The position numbers and the translations under genes were made by a program. Positions 51,301 to 63,315 of a stretch of 64,000 nucleotides of DNA are shown piece by piece. The DNA is from Aplysia californica. Taxonomy: Eukaryota. Every line of letters starts with the position of its first letter. Positions within the stretch are counted from its first letter, which is position 1. The notes below the pieces were generated by a model, which saw nothing but the letters and a program-made list of their open reading frames with translations, was not told where the DNA came from and searched no databases. The stretch is taken from contig NW_004797776.1 of NCBI RefSeq assembly GCF_000002075.1, forward strand, positions 30,203 through 94,202, written 5' to 3'.

Positions 51301-54300
51301 ACACCCTTATCCTTTTTGCTGACCACCGATTATTATTTTTTAAAATTCTTTGTAAGATTCTAAATGAAATTAGTTTGTAGATTTTTTTTTTAAATATCCG
51401 CCTACAAATAATCTTTAGTTGTTGTTTTTTTTAAGTTTTTCTTTTTCATTTTCAGGTACGCTGGGTTATTTTCCCCCTCAATATGTGGACGTAGGAATCA
51501 TTTCAAAATTTGATTTATTTTCATGCTTTCTAAAATTATTAGCTTGTTTATCTGATTTTCATGTATTGAGTTGCTTCCTTTCAGGTAGTTGTGCACAGAC
51601 TATATTATGACTAGTTTTTTAAATTTTAATTCAACTATGTTCCTATTATCAAAAACACATGTTGTTTTACTTTTCAAGCAAAGTTGTTCATCCTGTGAGG
51701 GGTTTGCTCTTTTGGTCACACACAGAACTTATCTGCAGGACTTTTGAGTTTTTTGTATTATGTTTCTACCTCTTATGTTATTAGGGTGCTGTGTTGTGTT
51801 CTGCACTGTCTGTTTCTTTTCAGTTGTCCAACTTAATTTTTGCTGCTTGGTCCTAGCTATATATACCTTAATATATTGTAGACTATTGATTTATTACCTT
51901 CTTTAATAAATTATGCTTGTTTTTGGCCTCGCAAGATTAGCTGAGCCTGTCTTGGAGTGGGTGGATTGTTAATTGTTAAGGATAGTCTTGTATAAAGTTT
52001 TACTTCTACATGGAAGTCAAGTAATAGGGGAGGGGGGGTGCTTCGTTATGATCATTCCACGCTCTACAGCATGCTCGATGCGTGTTACATTTATTATTAC
52101 CCCAGCAGACCCTCTGAAACATTCTCAGCTTCCCGGGGAAACATATAGCGTGAGCTGCAGATATCTTGAGCTCACTCACTAACAAACTGACAAGATCTTT
52201 CGCTGACTATAGCTGGGTTCCTATTCCCACCTGGGTGTAGTGAGGAAAATTCATGTAGAGTGCCGTTTCCCAAGGACACAATGTCAGGTTCTTGGCGGGA
52301 TTCTTATTCACAATCTTGTGGTTACGATTCCGAGAGCCTAATCATTAGTCCACTGATGCCACTACAGCTTTAGTGGAATGACACCCAAATGTCGCCAATT
52401 CTTTTTTGTGATATGTTGGTCTTGGCTCTGATCTAGAAAAAAGTAAACACTCAAATATCCACATGGATGTTTGGTGGGTGCTCTGGTGTGGTTTGCTCCT
52501 TCTTTTTGTGTTTGTTACTCTCTTGTAACACCTCTAATCTTTGGCAGTTATTTGACCTAACTTTGTTGCAAGTGCCATAAGACGTTTACTAAAACAATAA
52601 AACAAATCCAACTAAACCAATAAAACAAATTTCCATTATGTCGGGCCTGCCTTCAAAATAATTTGTTCTGGTGCCTAGCAAGAACCTCCTTGGAAGTGCA
52701 GAGGTTTAATAGAGCAGTTTACCACTTGCACACATATTTTTTTATCCTGAATAAAAAACAGAAGGTGTCATTCTTATTGCCAGTAAAAGGGATAGTAGAT
52801 TGTTACAGGGTATCAGTGGTGGCTTCTGTTTCTTTGCTATCTGCTGTTTCTTTCTTTCTGTTTTGTCCCTTTCCCTGCACTTAATAGCCAGGTTTATATT
52901 GAAGTATTTATCTTTTGCTTAAGTGATATCGGACTAGAAGGTGTGGGTTGTTGGCAGGTGCTCTGATGTGGTCCGTGCCTTCTTTCGTACCAAACATTTA
53001 TCGTCCTTATCTCTCCTTCTTTTATTTGTATGTTACTATCTAGATCGAGTAACACCTGTAATCTTTGGCACTTATATGACTTAATTGTGTTGCAAGTGGC
53101 ATAAAACTCTTATTAAACTTAACTAAGGCCAGAAGTTAAATGCTCAGGGGTTTGTTTTTTTCTTGACTTGGTTTATTCAGTGATTTTATTTGTTTGTGTT
53201 TTGCAGCTACCACCTGTGGATGAGCACAGCCTCAAGTATGACTACTTTGGCGGTAAGTGATGCTTTATCCCTTTGGGCTCTAGGCATGGGTACACCAGTT
53301 GTGTTTAAAACTGACTGTATGCCAAGCCACAGGTACAGCGGTGAGCTAGCCGTATCCCCAGCCCGGCCCACCTTGGACAAAACGCACATTGGAAACTGTG
53401 TTTACTACTGAGGACGTTATTGGTTATTTTGAAGATCTTTTTGAACAAGATGCTCACAGGTAATGACAAGAACTACAGCGAGTGGGATATGGAATGTGAT
53501 TCTGATGATCACATGAATGTTGGTAATATATTGCTCAGGAGCTCAGGCAGAGGGGCATAGTAGCCTCAGGAAGTGGAGGCTCAAAGGGTTACGGCTTTAT
53601 GGAAAAATGAAAACAAAAACATCGATGTAGGCCTACTATTTTCTGTCACAATGACCCCCCTCTCTGTTCTGTGATACCAGAGGCCAAATGTAGAGTGGAA
53701 ATCAACATGGAAGTCTCACCTTTTGGAGTACAATGCTTTGTTGAGAATTTTGCTGACTTTCTACTGCTACGCCTCGGCTCATTCTTACTGCTGTCTTTCA
53801 GCCACATCCCTGATCCCATGGTAGGTAAGATCTAACACCTATGCTTCTCGGATAAGGGCAAAAAATCTTGGAGGTCTCGTGTGCACGTTAAAGATCCCTT
53901 GGTGGTCCCAAAATCAGTAAGAGTAGCCTTTACTGAAAAAGTTAAATTTACCCCTGGTGCTCGTACGATCTTAATCTTATGCAGTAGCGAGCGCTGTAAA
54001 ACACTTACCAAAACAAACATTTGTTGAGAATGGTGTTTTTCTCATGCTGTATCTTGCTGACATATCTTCGTTCTGGGTCAGAGTGGGTGGTTGGCAGGTG
54101 CACTGGTGTGGCTTGCTCCTTCTTTCCGATCAAACATCTATCATCCTGGTCTGTCTCCATTCATTTTTCTTTGTGTTTGTTACTTTCTTGTAACACCTCT
54201 TATCTTCGGAACTTATATGACCTTATTGTGATGCAAGTGCAGTAAAACTCTTACTTAAAGTGAAAACTAACGTCGGAAGCTGAAAATAGAGACCAAACCT

Positions 54301-57300
54301 AAATTTGATGTCCCTTTTCTTATATATTGCAAGTCTGTGTCGTTACTTCTCTCTTGCTGCAGGCCAGAAGCAGAACGACAAGCAGCTACAGATCATCGCC
54401 GCATTCCGCCACGCCTGGCAGGCGTACAAGAAGTACGCATGGGGTCACGATGAACTGCACCCGATCAGCAAGACGTCTTCGGAGTGGTTCGGCACCGGCC
54501 TCACTCTGGTAGACTCATTGGACACTCTGGTCATTATGGGACTCAAGGAGGGTGAGTTGTTTGAAGGGGCCAGAGAGAGAGGTTGATGGAAGGGGAGATA
54601 GTTAAGATTGGAATGAGAAAGGGGGTGAGGAGGCTTAGAGAAGGATGGAGGGGGACCATGAGAAAGATTTTGAGAAGAGGGCAGTGAACAAAACAAAGAA
54701 ACCTGAGAAAGATATGGGAGAGTGGGGTGGTGAGAGAAAGAGAAATGAGAGAGAGAGAGGGGAGAAAGTAGGGAAAGGAGAATGAAAGAGAAGAGGGAGG
54801 AGAACAGGCCTGCCTATTTGTCCCGGTTTTCCCGGAACGTTCCGTTTTTTCACCAATTTCGAGGCCTTGTCCCAGTGTCCCGTTTTCGCTACACCTCGTC
54901 CCCTGTTTCCGTCGATCTCAAGACGGCTGCAAAAATATCCCGTGATTATTTCGTTTCCGTGCAGCGGATGAAGCATAGTTTTTATTTCGCCGAAAATCAA
55001 TAAACCCTGCTTCATGTTTAGTTGCCAGAAGAGTGCGGATAGCCAACTTGGGACAAATTTTGGCCTTCCACGCTATTCTTATCTGGCGACACAATGTTTT
55101 TTTATTCGGCCTCGACTTTTTTTTGGGTCTTTTTCGATTCGGCATCAATATTGTTTCTGTATCTGACTTTCTATCTTCACTTCATCGTACAGCACAGCAT
55201 CTTTGTGATTTGGACCGCGTGCGACGCATCAACAACCAGCTTTCCTAAGATCTAGACCTAGATTATTTCTGCTTTTCTGCTAATTTCTTGATTACTTTCG
55301 ATATATAGGATTGTTATCCATAATGAAGCGCGCTGCCAGTGGATATACCGGTAATGAAAAGAAGAAAGTTTTGTTACATTTTGTCCTGTCCCTTTTTTAG
55401 ATCAAATGTCCCTGTTTTTGGCTCTAGACTAGGAGTCCCTAATTCAGGAAAAGTGGACTAGACAGGCCTGGGAGAAACAAGTGTGGAGAATATTATTTTA
55501 CTTATGTTTTAAAACAGTGGAGTCGGCAACAGAGCATGGTTAAATTGAAAAACTGACAAAAGGAACGAAAATAAAAACCCTTACTTTTTTCTTTTCTATT
55601 TAAATAACCTTTCTAAACCGAAAACCCAGCTAAACCAAAGAAAATCTGGCGGTCCCACAAATTTCGGTTTAATCAGAATCCACTGTACTTGGTTATTTCC
55701 CTTTGGCTTTGATTGTGATTACTTTCAACTCCCAAATCTCTGTTTTAATTAATCTGTGCAAAATTGCTTCCCTTCAACTATGAGATCTACTGTGATGTTT
55801 TGTCTCTGCCTTTTTTTTTCTTTTATCGTTCTTTGTCTTTACTCTTATGATGCCCCACTTTCGAAATGACCTGTTTATTGTAACTGTTTTGTGCTTCCTA
55901 TAGCACAATTCAGATAAAGACTCAAAAAAATGTGAGGCATTGTGGTGAAATCAGGCGCTCGTCAAAATAACAAAATTGGAGAGACAGGCATTTTTCCGTT
56001 AGTTTGAAAATTTTTATAGAATTTTTATTCTTTGGCTTAACCTCTTTGATGTCAATATAAAAATACATTTCCATATGAATTTTACTGAAAAAATGTTGAT
56101 CTAAGTTACAAAATATGTCATTTTTCTGTTTTCAAAGACTTTTAGCTATTGGACTTACCAAACTTTGGTGGCTATTTTCTCGCAAATTTCACCCCTGAAA
56201 CCAGGCTACCTCACTTTCTTCTATCGCAAATATCTTGAGTTCTGATAGATGGATATTTATTTCTTTGAAAGCAAGGCAAATAAGTCAGCTTTCAGATGAT
56301 ACCAATAACTCCACATGCCAAAAAATTGACGAGCGCCTGATTCCAACGCATCGTGACACCAATAGTTTTTTCAGGTAAGTACTTTTCTCTTATCATTTGT
56401 GTGCCAAGGCGAGTGCCCCACTATTAAGCCTCTTATGCAGGTGACTTATTTGTGTTTTGTAAAGCATCATTCTCTTACAAAAAGAAAAATTCAAGGTGTT
56501 GCAAAGGTGCTGTCTACTCTTTCAGAGTACGAGGAGGCAAAAGAATGGGTGGCAGAACGCCTTACATTCAATGTGGACAGATACGTAAACCTCTTTGAGA
56601 TCTCCATACGTAACCTGGGCTCCCTGCTTGCTACTTACCATCTGACTGGAGACGAGATCATGAAGGAAAAGGCGGTGAGTGGGAGGGCAAGGCAGTTTTT
56701 TCCTTGTTTTTCCTCTTATGAATTTGATAACATAGGTCTCAAGTGGGTACTACTTAATGATTTTCAATCACAACTGAATATAATATTGCCTGTGAAAATT
56801 ATGGTTAATGCAGTTGGAATTCTTGTTAATCTTCCTGCAATCCCCAAAGTTTCAAAATTGTTTCTCTGATCAATCTTCCAGGCCCACTCTATATCTGACT
56901 AAAGCATGGCATGTTTCTGGCTAACAATTTTGTCATTTGTCTTCACCTGACAATAAAGCACATTCTGAGCTGGCTTTCGCCAGACTGTAGGAGATCGGTG
57001 ATGGCTGTCTTGTTTTGATTTGACTTTTGATTTGATAATCATACATCAATGGAGAAAGGGTTTTTAACTCATTCGCTACGCCGAGCCGTGGGGGTCGGCG
57101 CGGCTAGAGTGCCGTCAGTACGTTCAATTTTAGCTTGGTTTCTATTCCAATCCACATATCCATGTTAAAATAAAGGTCATAATACAAAGTTGACTTCCGG
57201 GTCAAGTGTTTCCACCGAAATTCGGAGTTTTGATTCAGCTTTGAAACACGATTTCGAAGTTTATGCGACATTGTTTTATCGTGAAGCCCAAATTATAGCC

Positions 57301-60300
57301 AGACACCAGTCTTTGTACTTTTACACAACAAAATGTATCATTATTTTGCTCACTAAAGAAGTGTAGGACTCTTCTTATAATATTGATACTACTGGACTCC
57401 AATTGCCAGTGCACTGTAATTGAGAAATCAATATTTTTGAGTGCTAGATCCAGGCCAAGACCTAAATAGTCAAAATATTTTATTCCTCCCCAAAATCACT
57501 ACTTTTTGGTGAATTTACTCAAAAAGTACCATCCAAGACATGTATAGGTTTATTCCAAATGCAATTCTGAATAATTCCATATAAGATACGAGTGTTTTTT
57601 TCTGTTTGGGGCCCTTTTTTCAAAATTATTTTTTTTTTTTTTTTTTTTCAATATCGGAGGTTATGATCCAAATGTACAAATATTATGGAATGTATGTAAA
57701 TAACTGCTCATTTTTCAATATTTTCCTGTTCTATATACAGTTATGGTTATTTTGATGTATAATTTGACTAGGTGCAAACATATTTTTTGAGTTTCAACTG
57801 AGATTATAAGTTTTTTGTTTTCAAATTTTATCCACAGCCAATCACAATTGTGTTGCATAATCGCCTCTTACAGGAACCAAAGTTGAACAATACTCAAATA
57901 AACAATACAGATGTATTCTACAAACCATACTGAAAATGTTGGTATATAATATGTTGATATTTATTTGAATTTATGGCCCCCAAGACCTGTGAACTGCGCA
58001 CTAGTCATCATCTCATTTCGCCCTCCCGAAAAAAATTCGTCCACAAGCCGAAAATAATATGTAGTGAATGAGTTAAAACCGGAATAATAATACTGCTGAC
58101 AATGATAGCGGTTTGTCTGTTTTAAATTTAAGACTAAGAGAGACATATTTACAACTTGACGGTCATTTAGTTTGTGGAAAAAGCAACACAGATGGACTGG
58201 AAGTCTATAGAGGAATGGAAAAGAGGTTGGACGAAAAACCTTTTGAATACCTCTAGGGTAAGGCTTTACGCTAGTACAGGGGTCATCAAGCTGCGGCTTG
58301 CAGGCCAGATCTGGCCTGTGGGGTCAGTTCATGGCCTGTCATGTGGGAAAGAAAGCATAGAGTATGGGTTTATTATATGCTCTTGCTTTTTCCACATACT
58401 AAATGGCCATCATGATGTAGATGTGTTTCTCTTCAACTCGAAGTAAAATACACAATCATTGTCAGCAGTAATCTGGTAGATCTCTGTTACTGGAAAAATA
58501 CTTCCCCCAGAGTCTGTGAAGTAATAACTCCACCTATCAGTAAAATGGCACATGCATCTCCATCAGCTGTGACTGCGTGAGTATGCAGAACTAGATCTAG
58601 GCCTTGCATCAGTGCTCTTTTCACAATCATCATCCGAATCATGAATTCCCATCAACTGTTGCACATCAAAATCATCCTCAGTTGAGATATTTGACTGATG
58701 ATCTTCAACGTCACTTTCAGGAATGGGAAATAACTCAAAACAGATTTCGCCCTGAAGGACCAGGCAACTCATCGTCAGATACATCACTCATCTTGCTTCT
58801 TCAAAACCACCTGCTCTCTCAATTCAGTTTTCAAAATGTTCTACTGTGCAAGCAAACTTTAACACAGCTATTTCCCCTGACTCAGGCAGCAGTACATAAT
58901 GATAACTGGAGTCAATTCAAAGCAGCGGTTTTCAGCAGTATAGGACTCTAAGGCAGCAGCGGATAGCAGCGGTATAGGACACTAAAGGTTACACTAGTTT
59001 TGGGATCTCTACATTAGTAGAAAAAAATACAGTGGCACATCGACTTTTTTAAGCCAGCTTGAATTCTGCGTTAGTAAAAATACAGTGGCGCATCCTTGAT
59101 GTTATTTCTACAGATTGACCTGGGCACCCGCCTCCTCCCCGCCTTCAACCACAATTCCAAGATTCCGTTCTCCGACGTAAACCTGGCTCATGGTGTGGCT
59201 AAGGCCCCTCGCTGGGGGCCGGACAGCAGCACCTCAGAGGTCACCACCATACAGCTGGAGTTCAGAGACCTCAGCAAGGTCTCCGGCGACAAAAGGTTCG
59301 AGGTGAGTCTTCAGGCACCAGTATGAAATGTGTCAAATTTTGCACACCTCAATTATTAGCAATGTCGCATTTTGTTGTCAATCTTTTCATATACAACTTT
59401 AATGCAATAATGCTGTCATTTCTTGCCAGAATATTAGAGAAATTATTAGATAAGTGTAACGGAGGTGCCACTTTTGAACTGTACCTCCATTGTATGAGAC
59501 TTTCTATTGCTTTATCTCAGCACTGAATGACCATTATCTTGCCAATGTGCATTGTCTTACTTAAATTTTGTTCTATTTTATGAGCTTATTGCATACCTGC
59601 CAACCCTACAGAAAAATCGATAGATCACTGACTTTTTGTCAAACTACTGATACACCGATTTTGAGAGATAACCCAACTTCGTGATTCTGCAGGGTGATTG
59701 CCAAGCCCCGGGAATTACCCAGAAATTTGAGGAAATCTGTAAATTGCCCCGAGAAAATTCTTAAAAGTTATCGAATATTTGAAAACCAAATCAGATAACG
59801 ATCATTTTTGCCGGACGCAATTATGATATTCATTCGGCTTTCCTCGGGCCGAAGGTACATTTCATCTAGCGAACAGGCGGCTATTGTGGCAAGCGGAAGT
59901 ATATGTGTAATACTGAGGTTTGGTCGGGAAAATCAAGATTTACATTCGCTTTCGTTACCACCCAGAAATTTGCTGGTAGTAGTTTGATAACACAACATTA
60001 AGGCCGGTCCCAGAGTGGCTCTGTAGGTCTGACCTGTAGCTCGCCAAGCGCACGCAGTCTGCGTGTCAGCACAGACGCACTGTGCGTTGGCTTCTGTATT
60101 TGAGTGAGCGCCCTCTGCGTGTCTGCACAGCCGCACTAGGCTAGAAGCACACAGGCCTACGAATGTAAACAAACAGTCGAAACTAGGTCAACCTTTCGAT
60201 TCGAAATTTTAATGTAGGATATTGTGCATTTCTTGGGATTTTGTGGTCTAGTGTTGATGCTAGTATCAATATCTAATAGTAAAGCATCTAATAATACTTC

Positions 60301-63191
60301 TTGCTGATTTTGATGATCTGTGAAGAATTTCAGGCGAGAATAAACACGAAGCGAGGCTGCGTGCGACTCATGTCCGAAGTGTTTTACAACACTGTTGAGT
60401 AGCATGTCTGAAGCGTCCTGCAGCTCAGCGGACAACAGACAGACCATACAGCGACGCTGCTCAGGCACACGATAATGTATATGTTCATTTGTGCGGTGTG
60501 AGCTAGGTGAGCTACAGGTCAGACCTACAGAGCCACTCTGGGACCGGTCTAATTGTAACATGTAGGTTGTGTATGACAAACGCTGTTTCCCCCTGAAAAT
60601 ATCAATATTTGTCCTCTGCTGTCACTTGTGTAAAAAATAAAATAAAGTTATAGTTATGCAAGCATCTTGTCGGGCTCGCCATCGTGACCGGTCAGTGGAC
60701 CTGCGCGTTCCATCACATTGTGAGTACCGGAAATTGTAGGGGTCACCTAAGTTCATTAAAAGTCTGAGCGCTGCGAAGTATAGAAGTCCGGGAGGGGGGG
60801 AGGGGGGATTATTGTTTTTTTTTTAAAGATACACTCGGGGGAGGGGGGAGGGGGATTGAAAGCATCACCAGGGGACAAAAGCTGAACTTGGAAGCAAATA
60901 GTAGTATTCTAAATTTTGATTACTACTGGATCTAGAACTCTCTGCAAAATGCGCGTTGGTGCAGGCCTTGTATGTAATTGGGATCCGTCGTATTCTTACC
61001 TTGTAAACTCTGCAGAGGCAAAGGGCCAAGGCTAGGCCTAGGTCATCCAAGGCCGCCCTTTTCTTCGCCTTTTCTTCTTTGTTTCTATTCTTTTTTTTTT
61101 TTTGGGGGGGGGGGGGTTCATGTGCATGTATGAATAGGACAGGAACGACACCAACTACTCTACTATAGGGTAAATGCATCTGGAAGTTTTCATATTTGTC
61201 TTTTTTTTTGTTTGTTCTTTGTCATTTTCTACATTTGTTTGAAGTCGCAAATACATTCATGCATATTTGATGTTGGTCAAAATATTGATACGGGTCCGCA
61301 ATTAAGTATGCGGCAAGTGGTAATATAGCCTACCACAGATTTTTTAGGTCAGGTGAAGATTTTTGGACAAAAATTTGTTTCAGCTACAGATTTTGGCCCA
61401 GGCAATGTTGGCAGGTGTGTTATTGCATGTCATAGATAATGTTCTAGATTCACTTTATATTGTGGATATTTCAAACTTTACCTTGTTCTTTAATCTTGCA
61501 ATAACTCTGTTTATTTGTCTTTTTGTTCTTGGGTGGTTGGAGGATGCCATTGGTAGGTCCTGCTTCTTTACTATCCCTCTTTTATGCCGGTCTTTCTTTT
61601 TGGCTTTTTCCTGCATACTGTCATTGTGTTGATGTGGTAGTCTTTATTGGAACTCAAACTTGTCTGTCTGTTGTGGCAGCGCGCTGTCCACGAGGTCTCC
61701 ATGCACGTACATGATCTGCCCAAGACGGAAGGTCTTGTCCCCATCTTCATCAGCGCCAATTCCGGAGACTTTCGTGCATCTGGCACGATCACGCTGGGTG
61801 CCCGCGGAGATAGCTACTACGAGTATCTCCTCAAGCAGTGGGTTCAGAGTGGGAAGAGACTGACAGTGTGAGTTATTGTTAGGTGTGTTTGGCACGTGTG
61901 TTTTACGTCTCAATCAACGCTCTTCAACATTATTTTGTTGAGCAGTTCAAGTTTGCCTTTGGCCTTTGTTTTATAATAGAGTAATCCAATCTTCAGATTT
62001 TCCATTCTCGGAAACCTTGGGATGTGGGTGGTTGGCGGGTGCTCTAGTGTGGTTTGCTGCTGCTTGTTTCCCATCAAGCACTATTGTCTTTATCTCCCCT
62101 CCTTCTTTTTTATGTTTGTTACTCTCTTGTAACACCTCTAAGCTTCTGGCGCTCATATAACCGTATGCAGTTACGAGCGCTGTAAAACTTCTACTAAAAC
62201 AAACCTTGGGATACAGTGTAATGAAGGACTTTTGTTGGATGTTAGGATTCTGTGTGCATAAATCTCTTGTTCATGTTTTCTCAGTCCGTTTTGTATTTTG
62301 GTAGAGAGGGGCATAAATATTTCCTCTTTTAGACTAATACCTAAAGTTAGCTGGAGGCTGTAAATAATCCATTATCTCCCGATTGGTTGGATATCATTCT
62401 TATGCCCCACCTGTCTGGTGACATGTTTTGTTCAGGCTTTGTTTTGTTCTGCATTCTTTTGTGCCTATCTGTTGACTGAGGGTCAAATCTATGAGAAAAA
62501 ACCTCAAGCCTGCTTTCTGAAACCCAACAGTGTGAGTGCCTTCTTTGAAATAACTTATTTTTGTCTTGTCCAGATTTGCATTTTACACTTTTTTTTAAAA
62601 GTTCTTTGTGGGATATAAGTGGCGTCGGTGGCCTAGTGGTTAGGCTCTCGGACTCGCAACCGTAAGGTCGTGGGTTTGAATCCCGTCAAGGGCCCGACGT
62701 TGTGTCCTTGGGAAAGGCACTTTACACGAATTTTCCTCACTTCACCCAGGTGGGAATGGGTACCCGGCTATAGACAGCGAAAGATCTTGTCAGTTTGTTA
62801 GTGTTTGAGCGCTTAATCGGCTGCTTGCACTGTATGCTTCCCGGGAAGCTGAGAATGTTTCGGAGTGTTCTATGGTCTGCTGGGGTAATAATATAGTGTA
62901 AAGCGCATAGAGCCTGCTGCTGAGTGGGGATATGCGCTATACAAATGCTATCTATTATCTATTATAAGTAAGCAGGAAATTAAGCAAAAAAGTTAATCCT
63001 TTTTTTTTCTACTTTTATGCTATTGTCAAAAAACGGACAAACTGTAAGTCGATTCTTCTTTTTCCAGATTCAAAGACGATTTTGAGGAAAGTGTACGCGG
63101 TATGAAGAACAAACTGCTCCGACGATCGGAGCCCAACAAACTTCTTTTTATTGGAGAACTGCTGAATGGGAGAAACTTCAGTCCAAAGATG
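39284..63191 (+). CDS. MAN1B1: ER mannosyl-oligosaccharide 1,2-alpha-mannosidase (GH47), 3'-partial; exons 39284-39379, 44379-44600, 45400-45459, (46002-46034 uncertain), 53207-53252, 54363-54551, 56526-56674, 59114-59302, 61680-61867, 63068-63191
   Basis: Phase-consistent GT/AG exons. Cytosolic tail ...SLLRSWRRLSSLQR precedes a type II TM helix. GH47 motifs: AFRHAWQAYKKYAWGHDELHP, GLTLVDSLDTL, VNLFEISIRNLGSLL, SSTSEVTTIQLEF, TLGARGDSYYEYLLKQW and FSPKM. Confidence 0.93.
39649..42817 (-). mobile_element. Degenerate Sola1-like DNA transposon (3.17 kb) in a MAN1B1 intron
   Basis: ~30-bp TIR CGCTAGCCGC(G/A)TGATTCAACCGTCTAAGTG with AWWT-type flanks (AAAT/ATAT). Minus-strand transposase remnants include PRNDQCDVC, CMDFEDVL, FIIYSDGCTH and EKGHTQIEVDSTHS. 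Confidence 0.75.
43205..43529 (-). mobile_element. Non-autonomous Helitron
   Basis: Homologous to 47905-48229; 5' TC and 3' CTAG on the minus strand. Confidence 0.65.
44379..44600 (+). CDS. MAN1B1: MAN1B1 transmembrane exon
   Basis: SWRRLSSLQRLICGVLFICTVIIIFYALP... Confidence 0.85.
44630..44968 (-). mobile_element. tRNA-derived SINE, diverged copy; another diverged copy at ~52050-52362
   Basis: Homology to 62621-62962. Confidence 0.7.
45204..45331. repeat. 34-bp minisatellite, about 3.8 copies
   Basis: Unit TTTTATTTGCAAGTCGAATGTCTTCCCAGCAATG. Confidence 0.9.
45400..45459 (+). CDS. MAN1B1: MAN1B1 stem exon
   Basis: Polypyrimidine/TAG acceptor, AREDIAKDQQKQEEGNREQM, GTGAG donor, phase 0/0. 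Confidence 0.7.
46780..47097 (-). mobile_element. tRNA-derived SINE, 5'-truncated young copy
   Basis: Near-identical to 62621-62962 but lacking the first ~30 nt. Confidence 0.8.
47905..48229 (-). mobile_element. Non-autonomous Helitron
   Basis: Minus strand begins A|TCTATATAT and ends with hairpin CCGTTC-ATC-GAACGG, a short spacer, then CTAG|T. It is inserted in an AT dinucleotide. Confidence 0.8.
48538..50769 (+). mobile_element. Degenerate piggyBac transposon with transposase remnant at ~49434-50545
   Basis: TTAA target duplication on both sides, TIR CCCTCTAGTGCCCA, and subterminal GTGCCATATCTGGCAC repeats. Protein motifs: LHFVSN, V(H)EIMVSFKGR, FADNHFSS, YNKHMGGVDLFD and a C-terminal Cys cluster. 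Confidence 0.9.
48838..49076. mobile_element. MITE nested in the piggyBac element
   Basis: ~34-bp TIR TGTGAAGCGTGCTGAC(G/A)AAATGAGTTACTTCTCG. Confidence 0.75.
53207..53252 (+). CDS. MAN1B1: MAN1B1 stem exon
   Basis: LPPVDEHSLKYDYFG, GTAAGT donor; supplies the required phase 0 to 1 change. Confidence 0.75.
54080..54252 (+). mobile_element. Short interspersed repeat family; relatives at ~4625-4745 (-), 5085-5232 (-), 30120-30315 (-), 52470-52600, 52940-53110 and 62022-62190
   Basis: Shared GGGTGGTTGGC.GGTGC.CTGGTGTGG..TGCTCCTT...TTGTAACACCTCT...GTAAAAC. Confidence 0.65.
54363..54551 (+). CDS. MAN1B1: MAN1B1 catalytic-domain exon
   Basis: AAFRHAWQAYKKYAWGHDELHPIS...DSLDTL. Confidence 0.95.
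54805..55470. mobile_element. Non-autonomous TIR DNA transposon (hAT-like) with 6-bp TSD
   Basis: TIR CAGGCCTG(C/T)CTA; GGAGAA duplicated on both flanks. Confidence 0.7.
56526..56674 (+). CDS. MAN1B1: MAN1B1 catalytic-domain exon
   Basis: YEEAKEWV...VNLFEISIRNLGSLLATYHL. Confidence 0.95.
57068..58072. mobile_element. TTAA-specific (piggyBac-like) non-autonomous element
   Basis: TTAA|CTCATTCGCTAC ... GTAGTGAATGAG|TTAA. Confidence 0.75.
59114..59302 (+). CDS. MAN1B1: MAN1B1 catalytic-domain exon
   Basis: DLGTRLLPAF...SSTSEVTTIQLEFRDLS. Confidence 0.95.
59592..61419. mobile_element. Non-autonomous TIR DNA transposon (hAT-like) with 6-bp TSD
   Basis: TIR CA(T/C)ACCTGCCAAC; TTATTG duplicated at 59586-59591 and 61420-61425. 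Confidence 0.75.
60002..60549. mobile_element. PIF/Harbinger-like MITE nested in the 59592-61419 element
   Basis: ~41-bp TIR G(G/A)CCGGTCCCAGAGTGGCTCTGTAGGTCTGACCTGTAGCTC; TAA target duplication. Confidence 0.8.
61680..61867 (+). CDS. MAN1B1: MAN1B1 catalytic-domain exon
   Basis: GLVPIFI...TLGARGDSYYEYLLKQW. Confidence 0.95.
62621..62962 (+). mobile_element. Full-length tRNA-derived SINE (Arg-like head; CORE/Deu-Nin-like body)
   Basis: A box TGGCCTAGTGG, B box GGTTTGAATCC, body TGTGTCCTTGGGAAAGGCACTT...CACCCAGGTGGGAATGGGTACC, and candidate TSD TATAAGT. Confidence 0.82.
63068..63191 (+). CDS. MAN1B1: MAN1B1 catalytic-domain exon
   Basis: FKDDFEESVRGMKNKLLRRSEPNKLLFIGEL...FSPKM, GTAAGT donor. 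Confidence 0.93.
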
Positions 63192-63315
63192 GTAAGTTGC
63201 TGGATGTCTCATGTAGTGCTGTGCATTTGTGTCATGTTGGGCTCATCATTCAAACAACTATGTTCAGTTCCTGTCTTTGCCAGGTTGTGTGTCGTACTCC
63301 TTGTAAAGGCCTTAA

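Noticed and set aside
62621-62695. tRNA-like sequence (also at ~3175-3247 and 10263-10335)
   Set aside because: It has no proper acceptor stem and continues into a repeated SINE body and tail. It is a SINE head, not a tRNA gene.
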